Under the pieces are notes generated by a model. That model searched no databases. It saw only the letters and a list, made by a program, of their open reading frames with translations, and was not told where the DNA came from. Shown here one piece after another: positions 28,234-36,869 of a stretch of 64,000 nucleotides of DNA. Source of the stretch: a virus (lineage: Duplodnaviria > Heunggongvirae > Uroviricota > Caudoviricetes); the IMG/VR virus record IMGVR_UViG_3300020578_005505; one strand, 5' to 3'. How positions within the stretch are numbered: position 1 is the first letter of the stretch; each line of letters begins with the position of its first letter. The translations under genes and the position numbers were made by a program.

Positions 28234-28491
28234 CTAATTTTCTACTGAGTCTTCAAAATCTCCACGCATAAATTCGTAAGCTTCAGGCGTTCCAGGAAAG
28301 GCTATAAAATCGGGACGCTCCATAACTCTCTTTAAAATCTTTATTGTAAGATCTCTGTCCTTAGTGTCTATGACTAAGGGTTCGAAAACAAATTCAGATT
28401 CTACATCATTTTTATAAGTCAGATAGTATAGGCTACCGGCACCGACGTGCTTAATTGCTTCGTAAAAACTTTCAGCTGTTGTCTTTTTCAT
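28234..28491 (-). CDS. Hypothetical protein
   Basis: 85 aa ORF. Confidence 0.3.
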   Translation of the reverse strand: MKKTTAESFYEAIKHVGAGSLYYLTYKNDVESEFVFEPLVIDTKDRDLTIKILKRVMERPDFIAFPGTPEAYEFMRGDFEDSVEN

Positions 28492-29419
28492 ATAACGAAT
28501 TTATATATTCTTTTAAACGATCTACAGGCTGCCATCCTAGACGCTCAATAGCGTCGTTATTTAGTCTAATAGTTTCACGGTAATTTCCCTTTTGCTCAGA
28601 TATTAATATTTTTTCGCATTTAAACTTTTTAATAAACATATCTGCTACCTCATTGATCGAATAATTTTTACCTGTACCAAGCTCCCAAGCATCCTCATGC
28701 TTTTCATTCGATTCGGCTACTCTAATCAATCCGTCTACAATATCATCTATATAGGTAAAGTCACGGCGTTGTTCTCCGTCACCTATAATTGTTATAGGAT
28801 TATTTTTTCTAATTTGTGCTCTCCAAACTCCAATGACTGCAGCCATATGCGAATCTACTAATTCGCCTCTTCCATATACGTTATAGAATCTGACTATCTC
28901 TGCATTTAAACCATATACTCCTTTAAGCATCTTAATCCATTCTTCTCCCATATGTTTTGTTAATGCATAAGGAGAAATCAACGGATCATGGTGTCTTGAA
29001 GACGATCCTGCATATATTAACTTAGCATTAGCTTTTTTTGCATATCGAGCTACTTCTACTGTTCCGACTGTATTGATTGAGATTGTTAGCTGCTCAGCCT
29101 TAAATGATGGTTGTATTCTACTTAATGCTGCTAAATGAAATATATACTTATACTCTTTTAAAGGTATATTTTCCATTGCTCTCACATCACCTCCTAAAAA
29201 GCTTGAACCTTTAGCTATTTTTGCTTCTCTACCAATATAAAAGTTATCGATAATATCTACTTCGTAACCCCTGCGCAATAAGTCTTTTGTTAAAGCATAG
29301 CCAATAAATCCACATCCGCCTGTTACAAGTACTTTTCTATTTACCATACCCCTACCGCTCTTTTTAGTAATCCACTTATACATAAAGTTAGCATCTAGAG
29401 TTGGTTGTGTAGCTATCAT
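28472..29419 (-). CDS. NAD-dependent nucleotide-sugar epimerase/dehydratase (SDR family)
   Basis: VLVTGGCGFIGYAL Rossmann motif and a YxxxK-type catalytic region. 315 aa. Confidence 0.7.
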   Translation of the reverse strand: MIATQPTLDANFMYKWITKKSGRGMVNRKVLVTGGCGFIGYALTKDLLRRGYEVDIIDNFYIGREAKIAKGSSFLGGDVRAMENIPLKEYKYIFHLAALSRIQPSFKAEQLTISINTVGTVEVARYAKKANAKLIYAGSSSRHHDPLISPYALTKHMGEEWIKMLKGVYGLNAEIVRFYNVYGRGELVDSHMAAVIGVWRAQIRKNNPITIIGDGEQRRDFTYIDDIVDGLIRVAESNEKHEDAWELGTGKNYSINEVADMFIKKFKCEKILISEQKGNYRETIRLNNDAIERLGWQPVDRLKEYINSLYEKDNS

Positions 29420-29420
29420 T

Positions 29421-29756
29421 TTAATTAAAAGTATCCCAAAATAATTTTCTAACCTTTGCTCCTAACTCTTGATCATTAGGTGTAGATTTAACTGTATGAA
29501 ATGATACTAAAAAATGTTTTAAGTGATCATTTGGTGGATCAATAGGTTCTATTAACTTATTGCAAACTTGGGGTTGATAGCAACCTTGTCCTGCTCCTTC
29601 TACATATCCATACCTTAGATCAATATGAGTTGATCTTGTATAAGGTGTCTTTTTACCACATATCAAACACTCATCATAGTTATCATCGTTAACTGATCCT
29701 ACAGCTATAACATAGCCTTTATCATCAATTTTAAGAGGTACGTGTTGTTGTCCCAT
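29421..29756 (-). CDS. Cys-containing hypothetical protein
   Basis: CLICGKK...C...C. The C-terminus shares PNDQELGAKVRKLF with ORF 10204-10515. Confidence 0.3.
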   Translation of the reverse strand: MGQQHVPLKIDDKGYVIAVGSVNDDNYDECLICGKKTPYTRSTHIDLRYGYVEGAGQGCYQPQVCNKLIEPIDPPNDHLKHFLVSFHTVKSTPNDQELGAKVRKLFWDTFN

Positions 29757-29922
29757 ATTATAAAGAATTTAAAAGTTCTTTAATTCTCTCTTCTAATACA
29801 TTGACTGTAGTGCGAAGATGACCTGTATCAGTAGGTTCAAATCTTGATCTTAATACTTGTATCTCAGCAAGTAAAAATTCAATATGTTGTTTTTTGTCTT
29901 TAATTTCCATTTCGTAAAATTT

Positions 29923-30129
29923 TTAATTTATTACAATTATTTCTCCGGGATTATGAGCTGGAGTGTGATATTTAAATTTATGTTTATCTAATATATTTAT
30001 AGTTAGTTTTTTCATTCTTTCAGAATATCCTGTTATTATTCTAAACGGAGTATTATTTATTAAAATAAAATTTTCAACTAAATCTTGTAAATCATAACGG
30101 GATATACCATGAAGATCTAACTCTTTCAT
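29923..30129 (-). CDS. Hypothetical protein
   Basis: 68 aa ORF. Confidence 0.3.
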   Translation of the reverse strand: MKELDLHGISRYDLQDLVENFILINNTPFRIITGYSERMKKLTINILDKHKFKYHTPAHNPGEIIVIN

Positions 30130-30700
30130 AAATCCTTAGTTTGATTGAAAACATCTACGATCATATAAATCATAAGAGCAGATATTCCAATAATAAAAAT
30201 TAAAAATATAATATCATCCATTTATTGTTTTTTACTATTAATAAAATTTATTAAGCTTAACATTGTTGGGGGCCATAAACCAATAAATATTGCTTTATGT
30301 GGTTCATTTTGAACTAAGTAAATATATTCAGTAACGAAAATACAAGCTATAGTTACTATAAGAATAAGAAGTTCACTAGTGCTGAATTTTTTCATGTTTT
30401 ATTTTTTTATAGAGTTATTAATATCTTCTATTGTTATTAATGTAAGGTAGGATAGTATTATAATTATAAAAAATTTTGATAATCCAATTCCTATCATAAT
30501 TTTAATTTTTATCAATTAATGTATCAACTAATACATAACCAAAGAACATAAAGCCTATTGGTAAACTAATCTCAAAACCTATTCCTACTGATAATCCTAG
30601 TCCAATAATTAATTTAATTGCTTTTAAAGCATCACTAATAATTCGTTTTGACCAGAAACTATAATAGTTTTTCATATTATACATTTAATGTTATTTTATA
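30130..30700 (-). other. Cluster of four or more tiny hydrophobic single-TM peptide genes (about 30-60 aa each)
   Basis: Manual minus-strand translation gives MDDIIFLIFIIGISALMIYMIVDVFNQTKDL (stop overlapping the next ATG), MKKFSTSELLILIVTIACIFVTEYIYLVQNEPHKAIFIGLWPPTMLSLINFIN..., MIGIGLSKFFIIIILSYLTLITIEDINNSIKK, plus the 60-aa track ORF 30502-30684. Confidence 0.45.
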
Positions 30701-30883
30701 ACTAGCATCAAATACTTCTTCCCAAAACGGCTTTTCTTCTGTTCCATAATTCTCATATACCTTTCCATCTAAACCTAGTACTATTGTTCCCGGTCCAAAA
30801 TTATTACCTTGTATAAAATTATTTTCATTAAATATACATTTTCTTTCTACTGTTTCTTCATCAAATATTACTGTTATTTTCAT
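30677..30883 (-). CDS. Hypothetical protein
   Basis: 68 aa ORF. Confidence 0.3.
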   Translation of the reverse strand: MKITVIFDEETVERKCIFNENNFIQGNNFGPGTIVLGLDGKVYENYGTEEKPFWEEVFDASYKITLNV

Positions 30884-30884
30884 A

Positions 30885-31721
30885 TTATACGTTTAATGTT
30901 TTATTCCAAGCGGCAATATGTAAACGTGTTAATCCTCTGAATCTATACTTCTTAGCCATCTCTAAACAGAATTGAGTACGCTCTTCAAAATCCTTAACAT
31001 CATCTAAACCAGGCATACACACTACATTTTTAAGTGGTATATCTAACGGTTTAACAAAATCTTCAAATATTTCTATAACATCATTTTCAGTACTAATAAC
31101 AAATTTAAACTGGTAATTACTATGTTCCATAATACGTCTAAGACCAGCTTCAACAAAACGTTGCTTTTTAGTCATACCTGAATTAGCTAGTTTAGGTGAG
31201 CAGTTAATTTGATCTAAAATATTAAAGAGATCTTCTTCAATAACTACAGTGCCATTTGTTTCAACTTCATTAAAGACTTTGTAGTTTTCAAAGTTTTCTA
31301 TAGTACTCCAATACTTAAAGAAGTTAGTTATAGCTTCCTGATGACCTTTAATTGTAGGCTCACCACCAGTCCAAATGATATGTATATTACCGTTTTTAAT
31401 ATCGTCATATACGCCTTGTCCTTTCCATCTATTAATTAAATACTGGAACTCTTTTTCTTCTCCTCTCCATAACCACTGACTTGTAGAATCACAAGTCCAA
31501 GTTGCTTTACCTTCTTTAACTAAATCACCTTCAAATATTTCTCCATCTTCTAATGATGCTTCTTTTGCTAAATTATTAGCAAATGCTCTACTCATGCCGC
31601 AGGTTAGATTACATATACCTAAACGGACAAAGTATGAAGGTACACCTGATGATATACCTTCACCTTGGATAGAGTAAAAGTCACTAGAAATTAATAGTTT
31701 ATGCGGATCGATTTTGCTCAT
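30885..31721 (-). CDS. queE: 7-carboxy-7-deazaguanine synthase (QueE, radical SAM)
   Basis: YSIQGEGISSGVPSYFVRLGICNLTC and WTGGEPT, the QueE N-terminal signature and cluster-binding region. Confidence 0.65.
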   Translation of the reverse strand: MSKIDPHKLLISSDFYSIQGEGISSGVPSYFVRLGICNLTCGMSRAFANNLAKEASLEDGEIFEGDLVKEGKATWTCDSTSQWLWRGEEKEFQYLINRWKGQGVYDDIKNGNIHIIWTGGEPTIKGHQEAITNFFKYWSTIENFENYKVFNEVETNGTVVIEEDLFNILDQINCSPKLANSGMTKKQRFVEAGLRRIMEHSNYQFKFVISTENDVIEIFEDFVKPLDIPLKNVVCMPGLDDVKDFEERTQFCLEMAKKYRFRGLTRLHIAAWNKTLNV

Positions 31722-32263
31722 ACGCTTTCGTTTACTGGAATTATTTTAGACTGGTGTGTTGCATCTTGAATTATACGTATAGAACTGGCAATTTGTAGAT
31801 CAGTTAATGTAACTTTTTCTACTTTGATTCCCCATTTTTTTACAAACTTTCCTACCTCAAAGGTTAACTTTTTATCAATTTCAATAATATTAACCCACTC
31901 CGTATCTTCTATAATATCTCGAATCATTCCCCCGGTAGTATCAGTAAGGACGTCTTGGGGCTGGGTTATAGTTAGCAGAAAAGTTTTTATGTCAACTATT
32001 GTAAATCGAATAATACCTTTTACTACTACATTTTTGTTATCGGCAGTAGTTATCGATTGAGGGGGTATATCGATTGACTGTGTAATTGTTGCATGTTTCC
32101 AAACAGAATCAAAGAATGGCATTTTAAAATATAGTCCTGGTTTGACTGTTTTAATATATTTTCCATTACGTAATACAATAGCCTCCTCCCATTCATCAAT
32201 AATGAATACAGGCCACAGTTCGTATATGAACTGCTGTATAAGGGATATTAATTTATCAAACAT
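31718..32263 (-). CDS. SPFH/Band-7 (stomatin/prohibitin-like) domain protein
   Basis: GLYFKMPFFDSV...QSIDIPPQSITTADNKNVVVKGIIRF...WGIKVEKVTLTDLQI fits the SPFH domain pattern. Confidence 0.5.
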   Translation of the reverse strand: MFDKLISLIQQFIYELWPVFIIDEWEEAIVLRNGKYIKTVKPGLYFKMPFFDSVWKHATITQSIDIPPQSITTADNKNVVVKGIIRFTIVDIKTFLLTITQPQDVLTDTTGGMIRDIIEDTEWVNIIEIDKKLTFEVGKFVKKWGIKVEKVTLTDLQIASSIRIIQDATHQSKIIPVNESV

Positions 32264-32613
32264 TATTGACGTTGCTTCGCTTTAAGCTTTTTGCGCTTAA
32301 GAGCCTTCTCGCTAATAGTCTGCCCTTTTTTTCCCATCTCTACCTCATATTTTTCAGTTTTACGGCTAACAGCTTTCCATTCAGACTTAGGAATAAACTT
32401 CCAAATACTACCGACCTTAGCATCGGCTTGACGATCGTCTACTCGTTGGATATCACCAGTATTGATATTTTTAATGCACTTCATAGGTTTTAACCTCCAT
32501 GTTTTAATATAATTAAATATATGATTAATCTGCGGATATTCCAAAAAAATACCTAAAATAGTTGGATGCTGTTCTCCGCAAAGACCGAGGGAGTGTATAA
32601 CTGATTCAAACAT
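32263..32613 (-). CDS. Hypothetical protein
   Basis: 116 aa ORF. Confidence 0.3.
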   Translation of the reverse strand: MFESVIHSLGLCGEQHPTILGIFLEYPQINHIFNYIKTWRLKPMKCIKNINTGDIQRVDDRQADAKVGSIWKFIPKSEWKAVSRKTEKYEVEMGKKGQTISEKALKRKKLKAKQRQ

Positions 32614-32617
32614 TTTT

Positions 32618-32884
32618 TTATTTATAAGATTGTAGTTTCATTTTTAATCTATTGATCATAATTTGACAATACCATTTTCCCATATTACTAGAAGCATTTT
32701 TGTATTTTTTTTCCCACTCTACTATCTTACGCATGATAGGCACATTAGCTTTATTCTTAATATCATTATAGTAGTAACAGTTATTTTCTAACATAGCTTC
32801 TTCCAAATTTCCTTCACTGCACGGAGGAGGTTGCTGTACCATAAGTTCCTTACCTTCGGCTTTTTTAGATTTTTTTATAGGCAT
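32618..32884 (-). CDS. Hypothetical protein
   Basis: 88 aa ORF. Confidence 0.3.
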   Translation of the reverse strand: MPIKKSKKAEGKELMVQQPPPCSEGNLEEAMLENNCYYYNDIKNKANVPIMRKIVEWEKKYKNASSNMGKWYCQIMINRLKMKLQSYK

Positions 32885-32893
32885 ATAGCTAGT

Positions 32894-33358
32894 TTATTCG
32901 AAATAAGATGCTGAATTTTTATTGTTCTCCATAAATTCTACTTTTACTACTCTAACTCTACCGCTAGATTCTTCTTGAACAAATCTATTAACCCTCTCGA
33001 AAATAAATTTCGCAAACTGTTCGGCGCCGACTGTTGGAAGTATCCTTAGTTGGATAATCCCCTCTTTATCCATATTATGAAAATAAGAACGATATGGATC
33101 ATCTTCAGCTATAACAGTTGTATGATCAAACATATAATCCATCCATTCTTTAGGCTTCATACCATCAATATTACCTTTAGCACGCTTCATACCTCCAAAA
33201 TCCCAAACCCAATTGCGTTCATCTAGTTCACCCTCAAACCATACTCTGAATGATACTCCATAGCCATGCAAAAAGCGGCAATGGGTCGCGTCTGCTTTCC
33301 ATTGACGAAATACGCAGCTATATCCGTCAAATAACTTAGTTGATTGGAATATAGTCAT
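32894..33358 (-). CDS. queD: 6-carboxy-5,6,7,8-tetrahydropterin synthase (QueD)
   Basis: CRFLHGYGVSF, the CxxxHGH zinc/catalytic motif of QueD/PTPS. 154 aa. Confidence 0.7.
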   Translation of the reverse strand: MTIFQSTKLFDGYSCVFRQWKADATHCRFLHGYGVSFRVWFEGELDERNWVWDFGGMKRAKGNIDGMKPKEWMDYMFDHTTVIAEDDPYRSYFHNMDKEGIIQLRILPTVGAEQFAKFIFERVNRFVQEESSGRVRVVKVEFMENNKNSASYFE

Positions 33359-33378
33359 AATAGATTATTTATAATAAT

Positions 33379-33576
<198 letters not shown>

Positions 33577-33585
33577 TTACTCTGT

Positions 33586-35925
33586 TTAGATTCCAAGGCT
33601 TGCTGTTACCCATCCGGTTACACTGTTTCCTGTATAGATCCATAGCTCGTTAGCGGCAGGATTAACATACATACTACCGGTAGCTGGATTTGCATCTGTT
33701 TGAGCAGGTACTATAAAGCTTCCAGTCACGATGAAAGAACCGGTTACTGTTAGAGGGCCGCCAACTATACCTACGGATCCGCTAATTATATGGCTATCTG
33801 TGAGGCTAGTACCTAACGATACCGCGTTTTTAGATAGAATGCTTCCTGAAACTGTTAATACGTGGTCTCTTCCATTTTGTTGTGAATAAGTGTAGTTGGT
33901 ACTGCCGTCTTCGAGAGAAAAGTTGTTACTTATGATAGTATAGATCGGAATTTTTCCTTCGCCAGCTCCAAAAGATCCTCCAATTAGAGTATCTGCTTGT
34001 TGCCTTACGAGTTTAATTGCACCGGCGGGGATATTTCCTGCAGCATTTGGTACTGCGTGTCCTATATTAGTATCGTTATAATAAAAAGTATATCCTAGCG
34101 TGCTTGCAGTACTAAGATAAACGTCTCCGCGGAGAATAGTACCAAAAGCAGGTACTTGTGTTCCGCCAAACTTAATACTTGCCCAGTTAGTTCCTACTAC
34201 TGAATTGCCTTGAATGTAATCAGTGCCTATTATCGAGCCGGTTACTGTTAGTCCGTTTGCATAGTTACCGCTTCCGCTTACGTCTAATGTATATTGAGGT
34301 AGTGATTTATTGATGCCTACCTTTGCTTGAGTCATTGATCCAGAGAAGCCAGTATTATTAATGTCTCCATAAGAGCCGGTTGCAAAAATTACACCACCTA
34401 TATTTATAGAATCTTTTCTATTATTTTGCAGGGTTATACCGGTTCCGATAATAATATTGTTAGTACCTATCTGATTTTCTCCCGGATTTCCTGGGAATAA
34501 ATATCCAGCTCTATACCCTATTATTGTAGAGTAAGAAGCAGTACTAGCTTGATTCCCTGCAAACTGTCCGATAAAGGTTGAATTAGAAGCAGAAACGGCT
34601 GCATATCCTGCATTCTCACCAACAAAGAAAGAGCCTTCAGCTTCTCTTGCTCCTGATCCAGCAGAAGTACCTAGGAATGTTGCTCCGGCAGCATTTGTAG
34701 CTTCGTTTCCTGCATTAGCACCTATGAAAATAGAGGTTTGAGCATTAGTAGCAAAATGGCCTGCTTGATATCCTATAAAAGTAGAATTGCTAGCGTTAGT
34801 TGCTCCTTGACCTGCCGAGTTACCTAGGAAGTTAGATAGATGAGCAGAGGTCGCATTAACTCCTGCATTTGGTCCTATGAAGTTAGAATTATAAGCATTA
34901 GTAGAGCCGGATCCTGCAAACTCGCCTAAAAAGTTTGAGTGATTTGCCCCGTTTGCTCCATATCCAGCCTGGTTGCCTAAGAAGTTGGAATCGGTGGCAG
35001 TAGTGGCTTGAAAACCTGCCGAGTTACCTAGGAAGTTGGAATCGGTGGCATTAGTGGCTTGAAAACCTGCCGAGTTACCTAGGAAGTTAGAGTGATTAGC
35101 ATTGGTCGCATCAACTCCTGCCGAGTTACCTAGGAAGTTAGATTGATTAGCATTGGTCGCATTATTTCCTGCATTTGTTCCAATGAAACTTGAAAAACTT
35201 GCGGTTGCTGCTCCTGCTCCTGCGTTTAATCCAATAAAATTTGAATTATTGGCTTCTCCTGCATTTTGACCGGCATTAGTACCGATAAAATTTGAGAACT
35301 GTGCGTTGGTAGCTGTATATCCTGCTGCATTGCCGATCATCACAGAGTTACCGGCTCCTGGTACAATATACCCTGCTACATCCCCAATAAACACCGAAGA
35401 CGAAGCGTTAGTAGAGTTTTGACCGGTTCCGTTATTTCCAATAGCTACAGTTCTAATTGCATTAGTAGCAGATTGTCCGGCTGCATATCCTATAAAAATA
35501 CCTTGGCCAGCATTACTGTTACCTGCTCCTGCAGCTACTCCTATAGCTACCATATTATCTGATCCGTTACTACCGTTACCGGCATTGAGCCCTAAAAATA
35601 TACCGTCTGTAGTATCGAACGCAGTTGTAGGAGGGATCGTTGAATATATTGAAGATCCGCTACTTGATACTGCAAGTACTACGTTAGCTCCTGGTGCATA
35701 CGATGCTGATACGGCAAACGAGCTGCTTACTGCAAAAGAAGCTGATACAGCATTCAATACGAAGCTAGCCGTTTGTGCAGTTATAGACGATGTTACTTGT
35801 GGTAACGAGTTTGCTAGATTCGTTATAGATAATTTCGAAGTCGTAGCTGTAGCTACTACAGGTAACACATCAGTACTTGTTACTGAAGTAACTGCAGGAA
35901 GTTGGGATATTCTTACGTTTGCCAT
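33586..35925 (-). CDS. Gly/Asn/Ala-rich repetitive tail fiber or fibrous virion protein
   Basis: 779 aa. The central region is built from about 17-aa repeats (NFLGNSAGFQATNATDS...) and the DNA shows perfect 51-bp periodicity. N- and C-terminal domains are unique. Confidence 0.55.
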   Translation of the reverse strand: MANVRISQLPAVTSVTSTDVLPVVATATTSKLSITNLANSLPQVTSSITAQTASFVLNAVSASFAVSSSFAVSASYAPGANVVLAVSSSGSSIYSTIPPTTAFDTTDGIFLGLNAGNGSNGSDNMVAIGVAAGAGNSNAGQGIFIGYAAGQSATNAIRTVAIGNNGTGQNSTNASSSVFIGDVAGYIVPGAGNSVMIGNAAGYTATNAQFSNFIGTNAGQNAGEANNSNFIGLNAGAGAATASFSSFIGTNAGNNATNANQSNFLGNSAGVDATNANHSNFLGNSAGFQATNATDSNFLGNSAGFQATTATDSNFLGNQAGYGANGANHSNFLGEFAGSGSTNAYNSNFIGPNAGVNATSAHLSNFLGNSAGQGATNASNSTFIGYQAGHFATNAQTSIFIGANAGNEATNAAGATFLGTSAGSGAREAEGSFFVGENAGYAAVSASNSTFIGQFAGNQASTASYSTIIGYRAGYLFPGNPGENQIGTNNIIIGTGITLQNNRKDSINIGGVIFATGSYGDINNTGFSGSMTQAKVGINKSLPQYTLDVSGSGNYANGLTVTGSIIGTDYIQGNSVVGTNWASIKFGGTQVPAFGTILRGDVYLSTASTLGYTFYYNDTNIGHAVPNAAGNIPAGAIKLVRQQADTLIGGSFGAGEGKIPIYTIISNNFSLEDGSTNYTYSQQNGRDHVLTVSGSILSKNAVSLGTSLTDSHIISGSVGIVGGPLTVTGSFIVTGSFIVPAQTDANPATGSMYVNPAANELWIYTGNSVTGWVTASLGI
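34930..35190 (-). repeat. In-frame 51-bp tandem repeats within the tail-fiber gene
   Basis: gaagttggaatcggtggca recurs at 34981 and 35032. aggaagttag recurs at 35081 and 35132. Units are near-identical. Confidence 0.7.
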
Positions 35926-35949
35926 TTTTAGCTATTAGTTTAACTTATA

Positions 35950-36237
35950 CTATTCTATATTAGTACCTGTTATTAGATTATCGTCGTTTTCAGTCATTAA
36001 AAAGTGATCTATTTCCGTAACCATATAATATGTAACTTCTACAGGAGCTGGTGACCCAGCGACAGCGCCTGTCTCTTCGTACCTTATATATTGATCAAAG
36101 TTTGTGCCTGGTGAAATATTTGCTGGGAATTTTATATTCCTTAATTTTAATATTCCGTCTTGATATGGGGTAGGTTTGTTACCATCAGGGGTATTAATCT
36201 TTAACCTACTTTTTCTGAATAAATCAAGGAGACTCAT
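35950..36237 (-). CDS. Hypothetical protein
   Basis: 95 aa ORF. Confidence 0.3.
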   Translation of the reverse strand: MSLLDLFRKSRLKINTPDGNKPTPYQDGILKLRNIKFPANISPGTNFDQYIRYEETGAVAGSPAPVEVTYYMVTEIDHFLMTENDDNLITGTNIE

Positions 36238-36269
36238 GTTAATAAATAGCGAGAAAACTAACTCTAAGC

Positions 36270-36869
36270 TTATTTAACCCATGTTCTTTGATTATAGTGA
36301 TAAGCGAGGCTACAGTTTTGATCATCGTAGATCTGACTGCTATCAAAAAATTTAACATCATCTCTACTTAAACACCACTCAGTAAGTGCGTATACGCTGA
36401 ATGGTTCAGCCTGATCTTCTCTTAAATTAGTACGAGCTAAACAATACTCTATATATTTTTTAGTTAATCCAGGTCTAGCTAAGATAACATAATCATCTAA
36501 AAGATATATCTTTTTAGGGGGGGTGTAAGAATAGTAGCTATTCCTTCGGACGAAAATTAAATTACAATTATCAAAAAGACTATAAACTGAATCGAAATTC
36601 GCTTTCCATTCTATATCAAAATCACAGCAGATACCGCCTTTATAATTTAATACTAAATACTTTGCAAGCTGTAGCTTATGGAAAACCGTAGAGGATAAAA
36701 ATAAATTGCTAAACTCTCCAAGAATCGGGATCAACTTATCCTCAGTCCAGATTTCGAAATTGTATCCTGTATTCGATTCTTTAGCTCTATTATAATTCTT
36801 AATAAAACGTTCAGGAATATCTTTATCGCCAACCCATATATAATGTACAAAATTATTATACGATTTCAC
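36270..36869 (-). CDS. Putative glycosyltransferase (GT32/DXD sugar-binding region-like)
   Basis: N-terminal HYIWVGDKDIPE resembles the Gly_transf_sug motif. DxD-like CDFD. Confidence 0.4.
   Translation of the reverse strand: MKSYNNFVHYIWVGDKDIPERFIKNYNRAKESNTGYNFEIWTEDKLIPILGEFSNLFLSSTVFHKLQLAKYLVLNYKGGICCDFDIEWKANFDSVYSLFDNCNLIFVRRNSYYSYTPPKKIYLLDDYVILARPGLTKKYIEYCLARTNLREDQAEPFSVYALTEWCLSRDDVKFFDSSQIYDDQNCSLAYHYNQRTWVK

Noticed and set aside
34930-35190. Tandem repeats as a possible CRISPR array
   Set aside because: The units are 51 bp, in frame and with no spacers. They encode a repeated peptide motif inside the tail-fibre gene.
35585-35938. Plus-strand ORFs antisense to long minus-strand genes (including 950-1135, 2533-2718, 7706-8023, 35585-35938, 46500-46718, 48735-49118, 50863-51171, 53180-53587, 54638-55312, 57624-57905, 62841-63065)
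   Set aside because: Each is fully contained within a well-supported minus-strand CDS. They are shadow ORFs of a genome whose genes all run in one direction.
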